Source: Vermamoeba vermiformis | Taxonomy: Eukaryota | Reading direction: 5' to 3' | NCBI GenBank assembly: GCA_045837725.1 | Contig: JBEWZL010000124.1 | Coordinates: 434,001 to 498,000, forward strand | DNA length: 64,000 bases | In this document: positions 44,457 through 58,278 of the stretch, in pieces | Layout of the letters: each line of letters starts with the position of its first letter | Position numbering within the stretch: position 1 is the first letter of the stretch | Translations under genes and position numbers: made by a program | Notes under the pieces: model-generated | Told to the model about the DNA's origin: nothing | Databases searched by the model: none | The model's input: the letters and a program-made list of their open reading frames with translations, nothing else

Positions 44457-45999
44457 ATGTCGAAGAAAAAAGTTGCTTATTTCTACGACCATGAGGTCGC
44501 TAATTATCATTATGGCGAGAACCATCCGATGAAGCCTCACCGATTGGCTTTGACTCACAATCTGGTGCTCAACTACGGCTTACACAAAAAAATGAATGTG
44601 TACAAGCTACGAAAATCTACATATGAAGAATTATTGAGATACCACTCGCAGGACTATATCGACTTCTTACAAAGGTAAAGTGCGATCGTTACGAATATTC
44701 TGAAATTATTATTTTTTCGTAATATATTCGATTCAATTATTTAATACGTTATTTGTCATCAAAATAATATTAATAATAATTACAAAATTAGAGTTACACC
44801 AGAAACACCTCTACGAGATAAGATCCGATTCAACGTGTACGGCGATTGTCCTGGATTCACTTCAGTTTACGAGTTTTGTCAATATTATGCATCAGGTAAT
44901 ATACATTAATCATGTGTGTATTTTTATTCAGCTTAATCTTACAATCGCTCGTCGATCGCGAAGATCACCGCCGCGCTAGCGTTAACTTGTTTTCTTTCTT
45001 GTTAATTAACACGATTATCGTGCAGGCTCAGTGGACGGTGCACAGAAATTAATCAACGGCGAGGCAGACATTGCCATCAACTGGGCTGGAGGTCTGCACC
45101 ACGCACGCAAAGACGAGGCGAGTGGCTTCTGTTACATCAACGACATTGTGCTCGGCATTCTCGAGCTGTTGCGCTATCACCCGCGCGTGCTGTACATTGA
45201 CATTGACGTGCACCACGGTGACGGTGTGCAGGACGCGTTCTATCTGACCGATCGTGTCATGTGTCTCTCCTTCCACAAGTACGGCGATGGATTTTTCCCC
45301 GGCACAGGTGACATGTACGAGATTGGTCAGGGCCGTGGCAAGTACTACTCGGTCAATGTGCCGTTCAAGGACGGTATTGACGACCAGGGCTACCTCTCTG
45401 TGTTCAAGCCAGTCGTGCAGAGCATCATGGACACGTACAAACCCACGGCCGTTGTGCTGCAGTGCGGTGCTGACTCACTGCGCGGCGATCGCATTGGCAG
45501 CTTCAACGTGTCATTTGAAGGACACGCCGAGTGTGTGTCGTTCGTCAAGTCATTTAACTTGCCCATGTTAGTGGTCGGTGGCGGTGGCTACACCATTCGC
45601 AATGTGGCGCGATGTTGGTGCAATGAGACAGCTGTGCTCGTCGGCGAGAATGTGCCCAATGAAATCCCAGCCAACGATTACAACGCACACTACGCCCCCG
45701 ACTATTTACTCCGTGGCGAGCCCAATCCAATTTTGCGCATCGAAAATCAGAACACAAAGCAGTACTTAGAATACGTCAAATCCACAGTATTAGAGCACAT
45801 TCGTCACATGGAAGGTGCGCCCTCAGTGCAGATGACACATTTACCACCGACACTGAACGACGAAGAACATTTGTTTGCTGACTCGAGCGATGAAGACAAG
45901 GACGAGGATGACGAGTATTTTATTTTCAACGAGAAAGAGTTTTACGAGGACGATTATGACAATGATAAGGACGCAGATTTCGACTACGACAAGGATTAA
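44457..45999 (+). CDS. HDAC3: Class I histone deacetylase, HDAC3-like
   Basis: [57 protein letters not shown]. Confidence 0.9.
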
Positions 46000-46155
46000 A
46001 ATAACAATGTAACCCCTGTAATTATAATTGATGTAAAATAAACAGCGCTAATAGAAGCTTCTGCTGTGCGTGATTTGATCGGTTCTTAGCTTCAAGCTGT
46101 TCGGTGCGTGTCAATCCTCGAGTTGTACTTTGCAACAATAGTGCTTTTTTTAGCT

Positions 46156-49100
46156 CTACTTGTAAATGGCCTCTAGTTTGCTGTTTTCAATCAAACTGAA
46201 CACCATGGCCTTGCTGTCACCCGATTCACTCGTCAACGTAACCATCAATAAATTGCCGTTCGTGTTCACAAAGAGTTGGCCACTGGTGAATGTTACACTG
46301 GCCACATCTTCCATCGATTCATCTGCTCGTTCAGCTCCAATGAGAACAAATGACTCGTGCAGTGGCGAGTATTCGTAGCGCTGCAGCGTAGTTGCTGTAG
46401 GTTTAGCTGCAGGCTGTGAGGCAGTGATGACCGCTGTTTCTGCAGGGAACGCGATTGAGACAATGCTCAGCTGAGGTTTAGTCGTGTTTGTTGCCTGCAA
46501 TACGTAGCAGAACTGTGACGCTGCTGGGTTAAACGCAACATTTGTAACATCCAGCATATTTGACAACTCGAACTTGGTCGGTGAAGTGCGATCACGAATC
46601 ATATCGTAAATGAGCAGATGACTTTGTTCTTGTCCTCGCATCTCTGCGGTTGTGGCTGGTGCTACAACGAGCCATCGCGTTGCGCGCTCTTCAGCAGTTT
46701 TAGGTTTGAGACACAATGAACTGACACGACCTGTGAAAGGATTAGTGATCGAAATATTATAACTGTGCGACATACTTGGAGCTTCAATGGCGTATTTCGG
46801 ACGAATGCTGCCTGTGACCATATCCCAGACTTTAATGACAGAGTTGCTGACTGACAAGAGGACTTCACCGTGTTGTGACCAGTGCAATTGAGTCACGCTG
46901 TTGGTGTCTTTGAGTGACTGGTAAGGGCTGGACAACTGCGTGACTAATTGTTTGTTTTGACCATATTTAGGGCGACGTAATTGCTGATATTGCCACACGC
47001 GAATCAATCCACTTTCGTCTGCTGAAGCTAAGTTGCCCTTGGCCGAGAACTGCAGTGCTGTAATCTTGTTGCTGTGACCGAGCAATTTCATCGTTTGCTT
47101 GCCTTCTGCTGCCTCGCTCACTTCGTAGACATTCACTTCGTTCCTCTGCTGGATTGATTAGCATGTATTTTCGATTGCAAAATTGCTGGAATTTGAGTAA
47201 TTAACCTAAAACCGAGTTACGTACACTACCAACGGCAATTATATTCGCGTCAAAGGATGTTAGAGCAATGACGCTGTCGATCGGAAACAGATTTGACTCG
47301 TGCCACTGATTGGGTCCTGATCGGTCGCGCACCAAACAACTCGTGATCTGCTTCGTGCTGTCGAGATTGAACTTCAACTTGCATGCTTCAATGGCTTGAT
47401 AAGGCACGACACGATCTTCTTCTTCTTTCTCAGTCTCGTGCCTTATGATGCCTGTAATGACACTTTTGTCGATGATAGCGGCATAGATGTTTGATTGCAA
47501 CACGAGTTGATCGAGTGCCTGTTCTGGTCGCTTGTGCAACAGCTTCACAAGAGCTTCTTGCAACAATGCCTTGATCTTTCTAACGTCATCCGTGCTAGTG
47601 ATTTTGACGGCCAAAGGAAGTTGTTTCACCTGTGCTCCATTAGCGGTGTTGTTAATAAAATCGACATATGACTTACGACGGATTTTAGTGTCTCAGTGGC
47701 ACTTTGCGGCTTGCTTGGAGTAGTGCTCTTCTTCAACTCGCTAATAAAGGTTAATATAGCTTTGTTGGAAAGGTTGTCAAGACGTACTTTAAGTTCATGC
47801 CCTTGGTGTTGAACGGCGTTGCTTTCTTCACAGATGGTACAGGTGGCTGTTTGACAGCTGGTTTGACAGGTTGCTTAGGCGCAGCGACGAATTTTGGCGC
47901 TTTGAATTTCATCGAGCCAGTGAGCGAAGAGACAGGTGTCACGTAGTGTTCATGCGATCTGTACGGCAATGTTCCAAAAGAGAATACTTTCTTCTCGTTC
48001 TCATTGACTGCGATTGGTGAACTCTCTTGAGCAGGTGCTCTTTCACCTGGTGTTCTAGGCTCTGCTTTGATTGGCAACTTTCTCTTTTCTAATGCAAAAT
48101 AACTCGTTAGACAGTACTTTGCAAGCAATTATCATCAACTTACTGGTTACTGCGTCATCAGTGGTGCTCGTAATCTTTCGCTTGCGATCAGGCTCTGCAG
48201 TGCTCAAGTTCTCCAACGAGTTGCCCCAATAGATGCCGCGTTTGTTCGCTTGAAAGATGAGTTCGGCACGCTCTTTCATCTTCTCTTTCTTTTGTTCTTC
48301 GGTCAGTCCCGCATACGGATCTTCGACCTTGCTTTCACGTTCTGAGGTGTCGCTCTCCGACTTCTCTTCGTCCTCCTCGTCAGCCTTGCTACTGCTCTTC
48401 ACAGGCTCGTCCTCTTCAGGCAAGACATGCACATCTTCATTGCGCTCAATGGCTGCTTCTTCTTCAGGCGTTAAAGCGACCACGAAGTTCTCTAACTGAT
48501 TAGTTTTCTTCAATCGGTAGTGCGCGTTGAGTGCAGGCTTGTAATAACCTTTCGATGCGCCGAGAATTTTGTAATAATTGCGCAAGCTTGATGCATTGCG
48601 CCCAGGGAAGTAGCTGACCATTTCATTGAATAGTGTGCCCCAGCGAGCCATAGTCTTTTTGAGTTGAATCTTTTCACGCAGTGTCCATTCAAGACCCACT
48701 CGCTTCTTTTTCTCTTTCTTATCACTCGATGCCTTCTCGTCACTGTTGTCACCGGTATCAGGTGTTGCAACACTAGGAGTGTTCGTCACTTCCACATTAG
48801 TGCTCGTGTCAACACTGATATTGTTCAGAATTGACCCGGTCAAGACGTATTTAGCTGGTGCTGTACCAGGACCGCTCTGAGGAGGTGGTGAGGCAGGTAG
48901 TTTGGGCTTGCCTGCACTCATGTGATACGATTGTGTGAGGAACTCTTTGTAGCCCTGAGAGAACTTGGCAATCTCTTCGGGAGTGTTCAATGAGCCCGGT
49001 GACTTGGCCAACTGTTTCATGATCTGCTGTTGAAACTGTGGCCACAATTGCGGCGGTATATTGTTAAGATTGATAAGGTGCTGCTTGGGACTGGCGGGTG

Positions 49101-49737
49101 TTGTGCTGTTAGTAATAGCGACTGGTACTGGTGCTGCTCTTGGTGCGCTCGTGTTCAGCTGCATGGCAGTGGTGTTAGTTACGGGCACCGCGACGGGTTT
49201 TGTCGTGAAATTAATGGGCATTGGCGCGTTAGATGGAGCAGGTCTCTGAACGGTCATCTTAGGAGCAATGACGACTTGATTCAGACCGTGCGATATCATC
49301 TGTGGCACTACCTGTGTACTGTTGGGAGGAGCGACGACTAGCATGGGCCTATTCACGGAGCTGTTGTTCGGCATGGAGTAATTAACGACACCCAGTGCAT
49401 TGGTACTAATTGCACCACTGTTTGCGCCGGGCTGGTTCACGATATTGACTCGCATCTGACCTAGACTTGCAGTCTGTTGAACAACGCTGAGGGGCATGCC
49501 AGTCGGGTATTGTATTCGGTTGGTTACTATATTTGGCTGCATTTGCCCTAAAAAAAATTCAATCAATCAGGGTGCCAATTCAAATTTTGTTCGGCCGGGA
49601 AGGTTATTTAAGGATTGGGCCTGATATGAAAGAACATAACGTGGTGCATATTTGTAATAAGGCAAGAAGGAAAAATATCATTGTGGTATTTCCGAATGCC
49701 TACCTTGGATTTGGTTTTGATTCTGTTGAGCCATCAT
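46156..49737 (-). CDS. Uncharacterised protein: low-complexity N-terminus, Myb/SANT-like domain, C-terminal WD40
   Basis: EWTLREKIQL...WGTLFNEMVSYFPGRNASSLRNYY (Myb/SANT); LLGHSNKITALQFS, ASADESGLIRVW (WD40). Start tentative. Confidence 0.7.
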
Positions 49738-50426
49738 TTAAGCTTTGTCTAAATAATAATTCTGGTAAGAATAATTAACCATTCGAAACAATCAAAGTAA
49801 TTTACTATTATTTTAATGATGTAAATTGAGTGCTCTGAAATTTTAGATCAAACTATCGAAAGAAAATTAAAATGCAGGAGAGCTGCATAAAATGCAAATG
49901 GTTATTGAATTGATAATGATAGCGTAAACGATCTACGCTGATCAGATATTCAGAATTTTCTTAATCTTATCGGTCAGATCGTCGAGTTACCGATCCGCCA
50001 AATTTGCATCGATAAGAGTTGTAAACAGATATATTGATCTTTCTATAGCTTAATAATCACTTTTTCCATATTATTCTGATTGATGAATCATTGTAGAGCT
50101 TTGAGACTTACGCTGCTCAATCTACTCCGTTAGACGCTTGTAAAGCGATAGTCGATCATTTAAATGCTTGATTTATCTTCAATGTAATATCATTCTTCCT
50201 GTAGTGTGCGAATGAGTTCTTTATGAGCGACAAAATTGATTTTATCGTCCTGTTTTGGCGCCTTTTCCGTCGTGTCCTACACCCACACTCCACTACAGAA
50301 CAAAGGCTATAATAATGAATTAGCATGCTACTGTAACTTAGATCGAGATCTTTTAGGTTGGCCAATCGCTTCGTAAACATTTTTGTTTGTCATCTGGCGC
50401 AAAGCTCATTTACGATTACACGCACA

Positions 50427-51603
50427 ATGGATAAACCACAAATCATCAAGTACAAAGCTGGCAAGAACACTTTTGAAGTGTTGACTAAGACAGGTACGGT
50501 ACTTAAGTACCGTAAAGGTCAACTTGGCTCTCTCGACAATGTTTTATTGGCGGACGAGGTAAGAAGTCTGCGAATCCTGTTTGTTTCTCGATTTTATTTT
50601 TATTTATTATAATTAGGTATTCAAAAATCACAACAAAGGTGAACGTGCTAGTGCAGCTGAATTGAAGTAAGAAGAAAAACATTCCAGAATATTTTCGAAA
50701 ATAATTATTTAATTAACCACTTGATTCTAGGGAGGCTTTTGGCACTGAAAATGTCAAAGAAATTCTTCAGACTATTGTAGAAAAAGGTGAACTTCAATTG
50801 ACCGAAGCTGAGCGCAAGGAAGCGATCGAAAAGAAAAGGCGAGAAATTGGTAAGATCTACACGTGCTAATTTATATTGCAACAAAATAGTACAGAAATCG
50901 CGCATATATTAACAAATGAATCTTAGTAACCTACTTGAACAAGTATTTCGTTGACCCTAAAACCAAAACTCCGCATCCCGTCACTCGTATTGAAAATGCT
51001 TTGGAGACCATTAAGGTACATTATAATTCTTCAATAATCGCGCTTCAAATATTAACCGAGCTGACTGCAGGCCCGAATTGATCCTGACATTCCCACCGAT
51101 CGACAAATTCAGGACTTGTTGAAGAAGTTACCGGGAGTTCTTTCGTTGAAGAAACAAGAAGTCGAAGGCACATTGTTCAGTGCGTATTATATTGTTATAA
51201 TAGTCATTCCGAGCTCGAGTACTGACACGTGATTTTAGTTCCCCACGCGTTCATTGGTCAAACTCAAGGTGTGATGCAGCGCTATGTGCGCATCACTAGT
51301 GACAAGTACGACGACAAGGGATGTCACTACGGCATTGCTATGGTCCCTGGTGGTGAGTAGACCTTTATATTTACACTCAGGTCCAAATTAATAATTGTAT
51401 TTACACGTAGATTACAATGCACTTTTGAACGAGCTCAACAACATCACTAAGGGCGATTTCAACTTTGAGATTGATAGCGCTGGTGTAAGTAGACATGGAA
51501 CAATGAGCACGAGTAGACAATGTCTAATTTGACTGTGCAGGTGAATAACGATGAGCCCGCGGAGAAGAAAGGCAACAAGAAGGGCGGCAAGAACAGAAAA
51601 TGA
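50427..51603 (+). CDS. SBDS: SBDS/Sdo1 family ribosome maturation factor (archaeal-like)
   Basis: Spliced KGERASAAELKEAFGT, IVEKGELQLTEAERKE, DPKTKTPHPVTRIENAL, LNNITKG. Confidence 0.88.
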
Positions 51604-51623
51604 GCGCTGTTCTCGGTGTTGAA

Positions 51624-51739
51624 GAGTCATCAGTGGTCATTTGATGTTGATCAATTTTTGAAATGTTAACTACAATGTACAGTGATCACATCAAATGATT
51701 TCACTGTGATTCGTTCTACTACCACATTGTAGTTAATAT
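51624..51739. repeat. Two interleaved inverted repeats downstream of the SBDS stop
   Basis: 51631-51653 pairs with 51683-51706; TTAACTACAATGT (51666-51678) pairs with ACATTGTAGTTAA (51724-51736). Confidence 0.85.
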
Positions 51740-51834
51740 AAATATAGCTCATTAACAATTATTATATTATTTTTATCTATTTTATTGGGCATTGGGCAGA
51801 AAATGTCAAATTTCAGTTCATTTTTCAACTCAAA

Positions 51835-53117
51835 ATGGAGAAAGACAAGCAAGATAAAGAACCTAAGTTAGATTTAGACATCGATCTATCGAAGTTTTCG
51901 ATTAGTAAGAAGGACAATGGCCAGCATCCGTTCTTGCACCGGATCGAAGGTTTTTTGCGTCCCAAAGAAATTGTCAATCAGCAAAAGCGAAGAGATGAAG
52001 TACTAAAAAGACAGAAGGCAGCTAGGCGAAATTTAATCAATTACGCTCGTCAACTGGCCGGATTCAAACCGAGCAAAGAGGCGGAAGAGGAAGAGAAAAA
52101 TGCAAAAAAATCTGATACTACGCCCACTCAATCACCGAGCAAAACAAATCATAATGCAGTCGAAAATAATATTTCAAATAATACTGATGCGTCAGGAAAA
52201 AGCATGGAAGAAGAGGTTTTGACAGAGGAGCCAATGGGCGACAAAATGGACGTGCAAAGGCCTAGAGTTAATAAACGCGAGCAAAGTAGAATTAAAGAAG
52301 GTAATTGATTCGTATTAAGCTTGGTTTTCCGGATCGTCCTGATCTTTTTTTCTCTAAAGGACTTAGTTACAAAGACCAGTTGATGATGCCTGAATTCTTG
52401 AGCGAAATTCCACCAGACTTCACCGAGAAGTGGATTGCTATGCCTTTTCCTCAAGGTACGTACGAGAACCGACGCTAAAGTGTCGAGATCCGAAATTAAT
52501 TCTTGAACAGGCCAGAGATGTCTGCTTATATCAGCTAAGGGCCGCACACTATTGATCAGACGCAATGGCACGGAGATTGCACACTTCCCTTGCAGACTAC
52601 CGGGTGGCTCGCAAAAGACAAATGTGCGCGAGTCCATGTTCACGCTGTTCGACTGCATTTTCGTGGAACAAGCGCTGAGTATCTACGTGATCGATGTGCT
52701 GGCATGGAAGGGCGACGTATATTACGACTATAATACGGAGTTTAGGATGAGTTGGCGCGATTGGAAGTTGGCTGAAACAGAGGACTTGACCGTACTGGAT
52801 CAGAACAACATTTACAAATTAGTAGCAGTGCCTTATTATCCTTGTACTATTAACGGACTAAAATCAGCGAGCACTGATCCGTTGCCATATGCGTAAGCCC
52901 ATACCATAATTGTTAATAGTGCCACATCTGTTACTAACATCTTGACAGACGAGAAGGTTACTTGTTTTATCATCAAGAAGCCACTTATGAGTTCGGTTTG
53001 ACACCTGCCATGGGTGTCATTCACGCGCACGTGATCGATAAATTATTGCAAAGTCTGCAAGGTACGAGGCCGCGAGAGAACTGGTACGAAGATGCACAAG
53101 ATAACACCACGAAATAA
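51835..53117 (+). CDS. SNUPN: Snurportin-1
   Basis: IBB-like QQKRRDEVLKRQKAARRNLINYARQL; QLMMPEFL, PQGQRCLLIS, LPGG, YVIDVLAW, TEFRMSW, GYLFYH. Confidence 0.9.
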
Positions 53118-53273
53118 TGTACAATTAATAAGCAGTTTGGGTGTGGTTTAATGAAGCACATTAATGTATAATAAAATTGTAAATGAGTTCGCGTGACAAG
53201 TTGCAAAATTTTCGCATCCAGCCATTTTTTACAATTCTTTCAATATAATAACAACGACAATGACACGAACACT

Positions 53274-56200
53274 ATGACAACATTAGCACCATATCAACGA
53301 GAGATATTGAAACAAGCGCTCACAGAAGAGGCATTGTGGATCTTAGGGTTTGGCCTCGGTGCTCTCAGTATTATCGAAGCTTTATTGGAAAAAATTACGG
53401 AAAAAAATGTAGACGAAACAGGAGAAGATGTAGCGAAGAAAACAGTTATTGTGTTGAATGTACATCCAGAAAATTTACCTTCTTTTTCACCACGCAAATA
53501 CTCCTACATCAATGCTGATTTCACGTCGGCCCAACGGTAATATGATTTTTCGTATATTTATTTTTTAATTATTCGGCCATTTTACTCGCACAAGTTTTCT
53601 CGTGACGCGTGAAATTCCCAGAACTTGCAGATCTGCATTAAACAACTATTAATCGTCTTTACACTAACAGAAAGGCAATATATTTGCAAGGTGGACCTAT
53701 TTTTATCACTAGTCGAGTTCTCATTGTGGATCTGTTAAAGAAACGATTGCCGAGCCATTTAATTTCGGGCTTTGTTATCAATCAGGCACATTATTTGAGC
53801 GAAACCTCGACCGAAGCATTTATATTAAGAACATATAGGCAAACAAATAAGGTACTTGCATACGACGAAGCTGTCACTAGTAGCTAACAAACGCGTGTCA
53901 GACTGGATTCATCAAAGCATTTTCAGAACACCCGTTAGAATTGAGTGGTGGATTCAACACTATGGCTAAAGTAATGCGCAATGCATTCTTAAAGAAAGTA
54001 TTCTTATGGCCGAGGTACGAACGGAGATTAAACACACCTTTTTCGTCTGACTAACGCGGCAATAGATTTCACAAAATTGTGCAAGAGAGCTTTGCGCAAC
54101 ATAAGCCAGAAGTAATCCAATTGTACAGTAAAATGACCCCTGCCATGGATAGAATTCATCAAAATGTCATTAGCATCATGAACGCGTGCATCAAAGAGTT
54201 GAAGAAGAGTTGCTCGGTAAGGCCATCTTATTATAATACTAATCTTCAATTGTAATACTTATATATTCTTATTTTTAGATCGATATCTCGGACCTTACAG
54301 TTGAAAATAATTTGTTCAAATCCTTTCACAACATGATCAAAATGCAGCTAGAGCCGATTTGGCACAAGATTGGTCCTAAGGCTAGACAGCTAGTTAATGA
54401 CTTGGACACACTGCGCAAGTTACTAATGTAAGTATTATAAAGGTACTAATCACGATTATTAATATTTTCAAAAAGACATCTTGTGCGTTATGACTGCGTG
54501 TCATTTAATGAATACGTAGAAAATATGAAAACAAAGGAATTGGGCGAGCATTCCAATTGGCTGTTTTTAGACGAGGCCGACAAAGTATTTTTAGATTCGA
54601 GAACTCGTGTCTATTTAACGCAAAAGAAAACAGTGGCTGAAAAGGTACGTGTTCGCAAAAGTATAAAAAATGTCAAAAATTGACCGTGTCACTAGGCAGA
54701 AGAGAAAGACGACGATGAAGTGGTGCAAGTGCAAGAAGAGGGCGATAAAGTGCTGGAATACAAATTGATTTTAGAAGAGCAGCCAAAGTGGCAAATGTTC
54801 AAAGAGATCCTCGATGAAATTGACAAAGAAATTTCGAGCAATACAACCAACACGAGTCCCGGGCCTATTCTCGTGTTAGTGCGCGAAGATCGCACGTGTT
54901 GGCAGCTGCAAGATTATTTGACACTTGGCGGCAGAAAAATGTTGAAAGAATCGTTCAAGAAGTACTTGTTGCGCAAGCGACACCGCATGCTCGTGCAGAA
55001 CTCGAGTTATTCGTACAGAGCACGTGGCAGAGGACGAGGACGAGGCAGAGGAGCTAATAATAGAGGCCGCGGTGGATTTAAAAAATTAAATAATAACAAC
55101 AAACAAACTCAACTCGTGTTCCCAAGTCAATCGATCAACAATCCAGCTAATTGGCAAGCTTATATGGACCTCGCTGAACAACAGTCACAACAGTACGTGC
55201 TTCATTAATATTTCTGAATAGTAATTAATCGGATCGCATTAGGGTGTCCGAGCAAGATGGAGTAATTATAGCGAAAGTTGATGACGATACTATTCAAGGC
55301 AATGTCGTCAATGAATTTGACGCGTTCTTCGGTTTAATTCCTGAACCTCAAATTATTTTCCAGCCGTTGATGGATAATCTCAATTTAATCTCGCTATTGA
55401 CCCAAACAAGGCAAGTACATACTCAATAAGGAATATTAACTTACTAATATAACTGACAGACCTAACTTTGTAATTCTATTTGACGGTGATGTGAGTGCTA
55501 TTCGTCAATTAGAGCTGTACAAATTGATGACACCTGGCGCCAATTTGCGAATTTATTTCGCGACGTATCAGAACAGCATTGAAGAACAAAAATTTTTGAG
55601 CTCTATTAAGAAAGAACAAGACGCGTTTGATAAATTAATCCGCGAGAAAGCTGTAAGTGTTAACGCGACATTATTGACACGTGTCATATTCTCAAAATGT
55701 CACATTTGCGCCTAGAGCATGGTCATTCCTGAAAATCAAGATGGAAAGCAAGAAGAGCCTGAAAATCTATTAGAACCAATTAACAGTCGCAAAGGAGGAC
55801 GAATGATGAAAGAAAAGCCAAGAGTGAGTGTCAATATGAAAAGTTATTCTAGTCTTACTAACATCTTCGTCATCAGATACTAATTGACGTTCGCGAGTTC
55901 CGTTCAAAATTGCCTTCGTTGCTACACTCGCGCGGATTTGACGTGGTGCCGATGACACTCGAAGTCGGCGATTACATTCTAGCTCCTGATGTCGCTGTAG
56001 GTCAATCATAATGATATGTTAAGAGGACATATTATAATGCATATTTAATAGGTTGAAAGAAAGAGTATTAGTGATTTGTACCAGTCTTTTTACAGCGGAA
56101 GATTGTACAACCAGATCGAGGCCATGGGAAGGTACAAATGCGTCTTATTTACATGAAAAATAGCTAACGCCTGTCCAGAGCTTTTCCAAACCCTATTTTA

Positions 56201-56738
56201 TTGATCGAATTCGAGGAACATCAACCGTTCTGTCTGCAGGTACGGATCTCGTTGAAATTTTTAAAGGTTGAGCTAATTTTATTTAGCCTGAGCGAGAAAT
56301 AGGTCAAGATATCGAGTACAATAATATTATATCAAAATTGGTCCTCTTGACGCAACACTTTCCTAAATTACGATTGTTATGGAGCAAATCACCGTTTGAA
56401 ACTGCCACGCACTTTGAAGCGCTTAAAGAAAAGCGTGCTCAACCCCAAGAAGCTTTATTTGCCTCAAATAATGAAGAAGCAATAGAAGACTCTGGTGAGT
56501 ATTTATTTTGACGAAATTGAAAGCCTGATCTGATTTTTAATTAGCTGTTTTCGATCCTATATCCGTGCTACGACGGTTACCCGGCGTAACAGAGCATAAT
56601 ATGCAGAATATAATTAAGCACGTTGAGAATTTGAGTCACTTAGCTACAATGGACTTGAAAGACTTGTCCAATCTCATGGGCAAATTCAACGCGAAGCAGT
56701 TGTTTGATTTCTTCAAGAAAACAAAATTTACTAACTAA
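53274..56738 (+). CDS. ERCC4: DNA repair endonuclease XPF/Rad1
   Basis: [56 protein letters not shown]-terminal HhH. Confidence 0.95.
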
Positions 56739-56961
56739 TAAAGCGGTTGTGTACAATATTCGCTTCAATTGTTACCTCGAGGGTAACATTTAGTGATCAG
56801 ATCCACGGGCCATTTATTGTAGACGCTGAGCGTCCACTGCGCTCCAATTGGGAAATGTATTTCTCCATTGCATTACTAGGTAGTAAATTCTAGGCCGCTT
56901 TGGTCGTTCTGGCCTTCTCGTCGTGACATTTGTGACAAAATTGAGATCTGTTGACCACAAG

Positions 56962-58094
56962 ATGCAAGCACTCACGAACAATCAAAACCAAACTACTACA
57001 ATTGGCAAGCTATTCGAGCGTATTATCACTCATTGCGGTAGTGATATGCAAGAAGAACAGCAATGCGACGCACGCAACGAAACGACAAATCCGGCTGCTT
57101 GCACTCGCTTTGTTCAAGCCACAGATGATTGCTATGAGAAGGTCATTTGTCCTACTGAGTGGAAAATTAAGTCTGAATGTATGAAAAAGAACCCTAACAA
57201 CCCTGAAGTAAGCCAGATCTATTTTCTGAAAATAATTGCATTATTCCAATTAATTTATTTTAATTGATCTACGCTGCCAAAATGTTTCTTACATATTCGA
57301 ATGACTAAATAATGCATTAATAATTAATTCTAAAATTGATCAGGTTTGCGCTAGTGCAGTTCAGGCTTCTCAAAATTGCAAACGAAACTTCTTCCAATCA
57401 GTTATGCCCGCTCCTGTTATCAGCTACATTCAAAAGATGAGTACGTACCATTATTTTAATCGATTTGGCCAGATCGCGATGAATTCACTGAAAATTCGAA
57501 CTCATTCGTGATCCGCAGCTGCTATTGGCCAAGATTGTCAAGCTACTATGGCTAAGTACGCCGAGTTAGTCGAGAAGCACGGTACGTTACATTAATCAAA
57601 CAAGAAGTTTACTTAGTTAACATGCGACAAACAGGTGAGTCACATCCACTCGCTCTTGACGCTGAATTCGCGCACGTGCGATGCATGTGGTCGCGCATGT
57701 TGCCGAAGAGCATTTGGAACGACTTTGAGAACTGCTACACCAAGAGCAAGAATGACAGATCCAAGTGTCAAGTTGAAGTCGAACAGTACGTAATACTTGC
57801 CCATGCTGTTACTTAAATCATACCATTCTATATTAATATGTATATGATATTACGATGGCAAAGAATAAGGGTTAACACTTCTGTTGCAGGATCCAATTAG
57901 CGCTGCACAAAGAAGGCGAGATGGTGACACGTGCCATGGGATTTATTCCGCAAACAGATTACAGACGGTACGGCGGACCAGCAGCCATCTTGCAGAACTT
58001 GGTGGCACCTGTCATGTACAGCGCACACGTGGATGATTTGTTGACTGAAGCGATCAACAAGCAGAACCAAGCGAACAATACCAACAAGAAATAA
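56962..58094 (+). CDS. Multi-exon protein with four CX9C motifs (CHCH-type, likely mitochondrial intermembrane space)
   Basis: CGSDMQEEQQC, CTRFVQATDDC, CPTEWKIKSEC, CASAVQASQNC; consistent GT-AG introns. Confidence 0.7.
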
Positions 58095-58278
58095 GAGCTG
58101 GAAATAAACTCCGCAAAGTGATTACTCAAAATTCGACTGGGGCTGAGTCAAGGTCTGACCACAAAGTTATACACTATCAAACGTATCGTTGCCTATAGTT
58201 TGCATCAGGTTAGTATATTTACGTTGCAAAATGTGCAAATTTTTTATTTTTAACAATTGAAATGGTCACGTTGTTCTC

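Noticed and set aside
51601-51670. Selenocysteine or readthrough at the SBDS TGA because of downstream structure
   Set aside because: No canonical SECIS core geometry, and the protein is already complete at the stop
56765-56920. Small hairpins with TTACCT, GATCA and CCATTGCA resembling U1 snRNA
   Set aside because: No ATACTTACCTG 5' end, wrong spacing to the loop II motif and no convincing Sm site
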